Below are positions 33,254 through 39,742 of a DNA stretch of 39,742 bases, piece by piece. The stretch covers positions 1 to 39,742 of the forward strand of contig JAVHRB010000049.1 of assembly GCA_036171455.1 (NCBI GenBank), given 5' to 3'. The number at the start of each line of letters is the position of its first letter. Position 1 is the first letter of the stretch. The stretch comes from Patescibacteria group bacterium. Lineage in GTDB: Bacteria > Patescibacteriota > Gracilibacteria > BD1-5 > UBA2023. The position numbers were made by a program, and so were the translations under genes. Below the pieces are notes generated by a model. That model had not been told where the DNA came from, did no database searches, and saw only the letters and a program-made list of their open reading frames with translations.

Positions 33254-34190
33254 ATTCGACCGGTATGCTGTTGAGAATTTCCTGTATCGAATCTGCTATC
33301 GTCACTCCTTGGGAAATCGCGCCGAACGTCAGTCGGATACGGTGGGAAAGCACGAACGGAAGCAGGTATTTGATATCTTCGGGAATGACGAAATTCCGAC
33401 CGCGCATCCGAGCGAGGACTTTGCTGGTAGATGCGAGAGCCAAAGCGGAACGCGTACTGATTCCATGGGTAAATTTGGTACCGACCTGACGCCGGAATCC
33501 ATCGATGAGCCGAGCGATATACTGGTAGATTTTCTCATCTACGAACGTATCGCGGAGACAAAGTTGCTTCCAAGAGTGGATATTTTCATGATTGCAGAGC
33601 GATGCTACTTTTTCATGATTCTCGGCACTCGCGAGAATTTTGGCTTCTACAGCCATGCTCGGATATCCGAGCTCATACGACAAGAGAAACCTATCCAGCA
33701 TGGCATCCGGCAACGTATACGTCCCTACTCCGTCATATGGGTTCATCGTTGCGACCACGAAAAATGGATCATTCAAAGGGAGCGAAGCATTCGCTATGGT
33801 CACTTGCTGTTCCTGCATGCATTCCAACAAGGCGGATTGTACTTTAGGTGGAGCGCGGTTGATTTCGTCAGCCAGTATGAACGAACTGAAAATCGGTCAT
33901 TTCCGGAGGATGAATTCCTTTTCTTTGGGATTGTAAATTTCGGCTCCGAGAATGTCCGACGGAAGCAGATCCGAAGTAAATTGGATACGTTTGAACGGAA
34001 TTCCGAGCGCCTGGGCCGCGAGGTTCGCGGACTTGGTCTTGGCCACCCCGGGAGGTCCGACGAGGAGAAGATGCCCGCCGGCGAGAAGTCAGAGCAGGTA
34101 TATTTCCAAGAGCTCCTGTTGTCCGTAGATATGTTCGGAGAGAGAAGCCTGGAAAGCGGAGACGAAATGTAAAAAATCCGGTTGTGTCAT
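33237..34190 (-). CDS. moxR: MoxR-family AAA+ ATPase
   Basis: ATG 34188-34190 (MTQPDFLHFVSAFQASLSEHIYGQQELLEIYLL-G-LLAGGHLLLVGPPGVAKT; TGA 34089-34091). FILADEINRAPPKVQSALLECMQEQQVT, FFVVATMNPYDGVGTYTLPDAMLDRFLL. TAA 33237-33239. Confidence 0.92.
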
Positions 34191-34379
34191 AGGGGTTTCG
34201 TAAAGTGATGCTGGGAGTGTATCTGAAAATTATCGGAGCGAAAAGAAAAAGTTACGAAAAAAGATTACGATATGGTGATTAAAAGGAAATTAAGGGGAAA
34301 TGTAGTTACTCAATTGGGGTTCAAAAATGCATTGCCTTCCATGCGTATATTTCAAATATCAAATACGAGAATATTTCTT

Positions 34380-36860
34380 TTAATTATAATATATTGACGT
34401 ATACGCAACATGTTGTTCATACCATAAGCAATCGATTTTCTTCCAAGTCATCCCAAAATTGCTATACTGAAAAAAATTAAACTGAGCATCCACGCAGTTT
34501 GAATTAGCCTGACTTGCGGGAATCGTACCGCTTACCGTAGAACTGGATGTAAAAGCTACTAGTTGATTTGCAGTTGCTGACTGAAAATTACCCGTGCAAG
34601 TACGTCAAGCTCATAGGTTTGAATAATACGATACAGTCGCCGTAGAATAAAAGATGGCTTGTGAAAATCCGCCTACCGAAAAACCATTACAATTCGCTGG
34701 TTTCGTATTCGTGCAATTATATGCACTAAACGGAACAAGGTCTATGGTTTGGCTGGCACTGCATCTATTTCCCGTATCGTATGTGTATGGATCTCCGCCA
34801 GTCGTATTATCCCAACTCCCATTGCAATCCTCATCCACTAATGGAGTTGAACTCGCGCTTCCCGTAATTCCACTACACTTTAAGTGTATGGGGAACTCTC
34901 CTAGAAAAGAACCGTCGCTCACTCGCACAAGCCTCACGGGTACATCGCTCCATGCGCCAATCAATCCACCGCTTGGAAGCCAGACCTGTGGGTGTGAGCT
35001 AGCATCACAGTTATATGTCTGAATATCGGTCCATGTAGTCCCGAGATAATATTGAATCTTACATCCTCCAGCTCCTCCATTCCCAGAACCTGCAATCCAG
35101 TCAACAACGAATTCTCGGTGATTGGGAGTATGTGTAAGCATAAGTCCACTCGGATTCTTCTGAGGACTGGCACATGCCGCAACACTCGTACTTCCTACTG
35201 GACTCACCAGGCTTCCCCCACAAGCGGTCGGATTTCCGCTCGCTTGTGGACAGTAACTGTTTGCCGGGCATATCGTCTGTGTAGCACTCGTGCTTCCGGC
35301 TGCACAATAGGATCCCGCGCTACAAACCGTCTGACTCGTAGCTCCTACAACGTTCGTATAGTATCCAGCATCCGTAGTAGATTGTACTCCGCCCACGCAA
35401 TACGTTCCTGCCACACATTGGGTCTGTGCAGTATTCGTTGTCCCTCCATTGTTTGGACTCGCCCAGTAACCCGCTGTGACAGGCTTACAGCTCGTCTGAG
35501 CCGTCAGATCTTGGTAGGTTCCTATTGCACAAGGTGTTTGAGCCTCAAGTCCAGCACTTGCAACCGCGAATCCCGCGCTTGCCGCTACGCAAGCATTGCT
35601 CCCGTTCCAATAGTATCCTGCCTGACACTGGAACTTGCAGACTCCCTCCGTAGTAGAATATCCCCAAGCTGCCGTTCCCTGAGGTCCATTGACCTGACTG
35701 TTTGGCGGAGCGGCTCCCGTACACGAATCCAGTGCGCACGCCCAAATCCCGCTCGCCACGTAGTTCGAATCGCAGGCCGTACTCACACTTCCGTAACTCA
35801 AAGTCCCGTTGCTACAGCTTGCAGTAACATTCCCAGTCCCGTTCGTAATGGGAGTTCCATAGGTAGCAGAAGCACCATGTCCCAAGCTCGCTATCGTAAT
35901 CCCACTCCAGGTCGCAGCCGTACATCCCACGGAAGCGCTCGAACTACTTATTACCGTACTTCCTCCGAGTTGAGTCTTGACAATGGTTGCCCCATACGAA
36001 ATGAGTGCGGTACTTCCTGTAGTATTCAGGAGTGTAGTAATGTTCTGGTTACTTCCGATATTTGCTCCCGAATACACGTTCTGCAGAGCGGTAACCATAT
36101 TGGTTATATCGGTATCGTTCGCAGGAAGAGTTCCTCCGGAATACACTACGACACTCGGATTGAACGAGTTCGGATTCAAGAGTGCCTTTCCATGAAAGAG
36201 AAGAGTTCCCGACAAAGAAGCAATGCTGAGCGCACTTCCGGTCAGAACCCCGCTATTCGTGACGATGCTCGGAACCGCGAGCACGTATACCAAGCCTCCG
36301 GTAGTAGTTTTTGCGGTGAGTCCATTGTAGTTTCCTCGTATGTACGCGATAGTCGGATCTCACGATGCGGCGTAGGCGGAGGCAATGAGGAGGTTCCGCT
36401 CCAGGGAAGCACTGATATCTCCTTCATATTCTGCTTTAATCTGATAGGCTTTCCCTTCCGCAAGCGAAGAGTAAACATATTCAGAATTCTTGAGCGGATC
36501 AGTAGGCTTCTGATTGATTCCTCCTCCCATGACGGTCGATTTGAGATAGTTTACTACCGATGATCCCACCGTTCCCTGGTTCCATACCACCCCTCAGGAG
36601 TACGTTACCGCAAAGGCGTTGTCCGGAGACGGATAGGACCCTGCCGTGATGATGCTGATATCCAGGGATTTGGAGATGTTCGCTGTATCCCCGACCCGGT
36701 CGGAATCCCGAGCTCGAGAAGAATACCCCCCGATAGAAATGAACCCGATAGCCCCGAGAATCGCAAGTATCGTGATAACGACGATGAGCTCTACGAGCGT
36801 AAAACCGAGAAGGAATTTCCGTAATAGTTTAAGTTCACCTATTTTTTTAGTGTGGTTCAT
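34380..36860 (-). CDS. second giant type IV pilin-like protein (826 aa) with Cys-rich CxxGxY repeats and a C-terminal Cys-rich globular region
   Basis: ATG 36858-36860 (MNHTKKIGELKLLRKFLLG/FTLVELIVVITILAILGAIGFISIGGY, a canonical G/FTLxE prepilin signal). ORFs 36594-36884, 36360-36590 and 34611-36293 share one frame, joined by TGA 36594 and 36360. TGA 34611-34613 is read through to TAA 34380-34382. Repeats are QTPCAIGTYQDLTAQTSCKPVTAGYW, TQCVAGTYCVGG and QTVCSAGSYCAAGSTSATQTICPANSYCPQ (about 35170-35925). Confidence 0.82.
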
Positions 36861-36883
36861 AGGAAAAAGGTAAATTTTGAGCA

Positions 36884-36912
36884 ATTATATGATATTTTCG
36901 GGGGGGGCAAGT
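36884..36912 (-). promoter_or_regulatory. putative sigma70-type promoter of the second pilin gene containing a C8 (G8 on + strand) homopolymer
   Basis: The minus strand reads CTTGCCCCCCCCGAAAATATCATATAATTGC. TATAAT lies at 36884-36889, about 24 nt upstream of the ATG. TTGCCC lies at 36905-36910. The homopolymer at 36900-36907 spans the -35 element and spacer. The spacer is 15 nt as assembled. Confidence 0.4.
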
Positions 36913-36999
36913 TTTTTTGACTAAAAACCTCTAACATAGTACTATCTCTGTAGCTATTGTAATTCTGCAAACAAATTTTTAAAATCTTACCTTTTATAT

Positions 37000-37503
37000 A
37001 TGGGAGAAAAAATACCAAACGTTTCATCCGAGACCGTCAAAATACCGAGTGCTCCTGAAAATACTGTTTGAAATATGGTTGAATGTTTTAAATATATAAA
37101 AGGTCGAGCAAATCGAGAAAATCTCGACAAGATGATGTTCGAGTACGAGCAGGAAAAAAGTGAAATACTCAACAGTCCGTTGCAAGCGCTCATCCAAGAA
37201 ACGCTCGTATCTCTGTTGGACCATGGAATGAATCTTCAATCAAAAAGAGGAGAAAATATGATTGATTTCCTATGAAAACAAGGATATACCATAAGCGATG
37301 AAGTAAAGAAGCTGGTTATGGAAGGTCAGGATATTACCATAACAGCGGAAAATAAGAATGTCATTCTTCTGCCGTTACTGAAAAATAATCCCATAAACGA
37401 CGATATAGCTTACCTCCAAGTAACTCCTGTAGAATGAGGAGTAAAACGTACACGAAGACGTGCAAGAGAAGAAATAAGAGATAGGAGCTGTAAGGAATTA
37501 TAG
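37000..37503 (+). CDS. hypothetical protein
   Basis: First ATG (37000) after in-frame TAA 36922-36924. Same frame as ORF 37075-37275. TGA at 37069, 37273 and 37435. TAG 37501-37503, 15 nt before tspO. No family recognised. Confidence 0.5.
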
Positions 37504-37518
37504 ATATAATCTATCCCT

Positions 37519-37914
37519 ATGAATACTTACCAATGGTACTCGCAGCTTATTAAGCCAACCTGGTCACCTCCATCTTGGATTTTTGGACCCGTATGGTCAT
37601 TGCTGTATATCAGTATTGCCATTTCTTTCGGCAATGTTTTTTTCATGGCTTGGAAGCAAGAAATCACTTTTTTAACAGCGCTCCCTTTCTTGCTCAATAT
37701 CATCTGTAATATCGCATTTACACCGATTCAGTTTGGCCTCAAAAACAACCTGCTCGCAGCGCTCGATATCACTCTCATATTCATAACCCTGATATGGGCC
37801 ATGATAGCCATCTATCATCAAGCCCCTTGGATTACGTATATGCAGGTTCCCTATTTGCTCTGGGTTTCTTTTGCAACCATTTTACAGTTTAATATCACAT
37901 ATTTAAATCGGTAG
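37519..37914 (+). CDS. tspO: TspO/MBR family tryptophan-rich sensory protein
   Basis: MNTYQWYSQLIKPTWSPPSWIFGPVWSLLYISIAISF...PFLLNIICNIAFTPIQFG...MQVPYLLWVSFATILQFNI. Trp-rich with five hydrophobic helices. TAG 37912-37914. Confidence 0.85.
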   Translation: MNTYQWYSQLIKPTWSPPSWIFGPVWSLLYISIAISFGNVFFMAWKQEITFLTALPFLLNIICNIAFTPIQFGLKNNLLAALDITLIFITLIWAMIAIYHQAPWITYMQVPYLLWVSFATILQFNITYLNR

Positions 37915-38011
37915 AAAAACAGGTATTTTGCCATCATGTCGCGGGAATATATGAGTTTAAGAAATCTAACTAGGATTTTTTACCAATCCCCTTACACTTG
38001 GCAAAAAGCCT

Positions 38012-39313
38012 ATGAAAACAATCGTCATCGTATGAGGAGGAGCGGCTGGCATAATGTGCGCCGCAACCATATTGGAGAGTGCTCCGCCGGAACGGGAATT
38101 TCATATCCACCTGTTCGAAAAAAACGCCGTTCTCGGGAAAAAAGTATCCATTTCCGGAGGAGGTCGGTGCAATGTTACTACGGGAATCACCGACAAGAAA
38201 ACCCTCCTCGGAAAATACGTACGAGGGGCAGAATTTTTGCGATATTCGCTCGGGAAATTCTGACCGAAAAAAGTGGTCGAGTGGTTCGAATCACAAGGAG
38301 TCCCCATGAAATGCGAGGATGATATGAGAGTATTTCCCGTTTCGAATTCATGAGCCGATATCATCGGGGCTTTTGAAAAACTCTTTCAAAAGTACGAAAA
38401 CCATATAACAATCTACCATTCTACCACCATTCAAGATATTAAAAAATTGCTCTGATCCTATGTCGTAAACTACAAAGATCCTAGAAATGAATCTGAAAAT
38501 CCAGAAATCAAGGCAGATATAATCGTCGTCACCACCGGCGGAAATGCCTATTCACATACGGGATCGAGCGGTGACGGATATAATTTCGCGAGGAAAATCT
38601 GACATACGGTAACGCCGCTCGGTCCATCATTGTCGAGTTTTGAACTCTGGGAAACTTTTCCCAAGGAAATTTCCGGTATTTCCCTCCCGAAAGCCCGACT
38701 CAAATGGAATTCCGAGACGGTGACTGACGGACCGATGATTTTTACCCATTTCGGGATTTCCGGACCGGCACCGTTCGCACTGTCATCGAGGCTCGCGTTC
38801 GAAACGATAGACGCGAATCATCCACTCAAAATTTCGCTTGCGCCACTGGCCGGTTGGGAAACCGCCGATTGGGATACGTATCTCGAAAAAGAAGCCAAAA
38901 TCCACAGCAACCGGGAAATGAGAAACATTCTCGAAGCCCTCCCCCGACGCCTCGTCGATACGTTCGGAACCGCGGGAATCCTGCCGAACCGAATCCTCAA
39001 CCAAAAAGGCGCCACTCTGTCTCGGGAGGATCGTAAAACCATCGCAAAAATTCTCGGGGAAGGTATTCCCTTAACTATCGTAGCGAGGCGTGCCGGAGAT
39101 GAATTTGTAACGGCAGGCGGAGTGAATAATGATGAAATATGTACAGAGACACTGGGGTCAAAGCTCATACCGGGGCTCTATTTTGCAGGAGAAGTCCTCA
39201 ATATCGACGGGGTAACAGGAGGATTCAACCTGCAGGCGGCATGGTGTACCGGGAGAACCGTAGGGAGAAACATCCTGGAAAAAATATCGAGTCCGCCCGC
39301 CCCTCAATCTTAA
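38012..39313 (+). CDS. BaiN/HI0933-family FAD-dependent oxidoreductase
   Basis: MKTIVIV-G-GGAAGIMCAA (TGA 38033-38035 is the first Gly of GxGxxG). GKKVSISGGGRCNVT, VVTTGGNAYSHTGSSGDGYNFARKIGHTVTPLGPSL, DEFVTAGGV and LYFAGEVLNIDGVTGGFNLQAAW are present. ORFs 38054-38263 and 38630-39313 share one frame. TAA 39311-39313. Confidence 0.88.
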
Positions 39314-39331
39314 GAAAATCAAAAAATACTG

Positions 39332-39499
39332 TTATACCCAATAGAAATTGGTTTTCGGTGTTTTACGGTTACAGATTCGGAACAGGTTTCGTTTTTCTTC
39401 TTTCGGGAGCTTATCGGGAATAAGTGACTGAAGAAAAAAATGAAAGATGTCCGAATATGTTACTGGAAAAACCGGGAAACTGATTTCTATTGGGTATAA
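39332..39499 (+). repeat. 17-bp perfect inverted repeat enclosing 134 nt (candidate structured RNA or MITE-like element)
   Basis: ttatacccaatagaaat (39332-39348) is the exact reverse complement of atttctattgggtataa (39483-39499). Pairing extends 8 more positions inward if U.G/G.U pairs are allowed, which is valid only for a + strand RNA. Degenerate direct copies of the arm lie at 39611-39625 and 39701-39715. Confidence 0.6.
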
Positions 39500-39543
39500 A
39501 CCGGGGAATCGGCGCAGCATGTGAATCAACTCAAAAAATTTAC

Positions 39544-39569
39544 CTCCGAATTTGAATTCGGAGTTTTTT
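39544..39569. terminator. rho-independent terminator (A-tract / hairpin / T-tract, potentially bidirectional)
   Basis: aaaaaattta precedes ctccgaatt (39544-39552), which pairs with aattcggag (39555-39563). The hairpin is followed by tttttt (39564-39569). Confidence 0.7.
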
Positions 39570-39742
39570 ATGAAAAATTACTCTGAATTTCCCCAGAAAA
39601 AAGTAAAAGGTATCCAATAGAATTTTACCGAGTATTTCCGTATAATTCTCTTGAATAAATCGTTTATTCACTTTTGTTTAAAACAATATGGCTCTATTCC
39701 ACCCAATGGGAAAATAAAACCCTAATTTCTTGATTCACAATA

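Noticed and set aside
33210-34172. 320-aa plus-strand ORF
   Set aside because: It is antisense to the moxR gene, whose Walker A/B and AAA_3 motifs are unambiguous on the minus strand.
35052-36563. 503-aa plus-strand ORF
   Set aside because: It is antisense to the second pilin gene. The translation is Arg/Ser/Cys-rich low complexity with no motifs, whereas the minus strand carries a clear prepilin signal and domain structure.
1-39742. Interpreting the many TGA-interrupted genes as pseudogenes, frameshifts, or selenocysteine sites
   Set aside because: The pieces are always in the same frame. TGA sits on conserved Gly and alternates with GGN in paralogues. The pattern affects essential genes (ychF, murG, miaB), and no SECIS-like context is evident. 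Table 25 explains all of this at once.
1-39742. Search for tRNA, rRNA, CRISPR arrays, transposases, integrases and defence-system genes
   Set aside because: I found no cloverleaf-like or rRNA-like segments, no regularly spaced direct repeats, and no DDE, tyrosine or serine recombinase motifs in any table-25 frame I read. A tRNA or ncRNA scan should still be run.

Overview
The contig comes from a bacterium that reads UGA as glycine (translation table 25, Gracilibacteria/Absconditabacteria-type CPR). The standard-code ORF track is therefore fragmented. Almost every real gene appears as same-frame ORFs joined only by TGA. These TGAs fall on invariant Gly residues (Ych[11 protein letters not shown], MoxR, BaiN GxGxxG, PilD PFGPFL, MiaB GQNVNSY, PKD WDFGDG, fibrinogen WLGN) and swap with GGN between paralogous repeats. 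All genes I could close end in TAA or TAG. Re-read by eye with table 25, the window holds about 27 genes. Housekeeping genes flank the window: a PEP-utilising enzyme, tandem rhodanese, ychF and a murF-like ligase (0-6.3 kb); HIT, miaB, murG, dprA, DUF58 and moxR (28-34 kb); tspO and a BaiN-type flavoprotein (37.5-39.3 kb). The core (9.3-28.2 kb plus 34.4-36.9 kb) is a cell-surface/adhesion island. It holds prepilin peptidase pilD, a FecR-like anchored protein and a 237-aa type IV pilin. It also holds a 1767-aa pilin whose first 222 codons duplicate that pilin. The rest of this giant pilin carries a thrombospondin-type-1-like module and six YCDM..GGGW fibrinogen-like modules, one of them a complete canonical fibrinogen-related domain. 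Convergent to it are two PKD-repeat membrane proteins of 866 and 1832 aa. The larger starts with a TrbC/VirB2-like pilin domain and ends in a PDWLK-repeat tail. The island also includes an orphan solute-binding protein and a second 826-aa pilin with eukaryote-like Cys repeats behind a poly-C promoter tract. I saw no rRNA, tRNA, CRISPR or transposase. All translations were done by eye, domain boundaries are approximate, and family calls rest on remembered motifs rather than searches.
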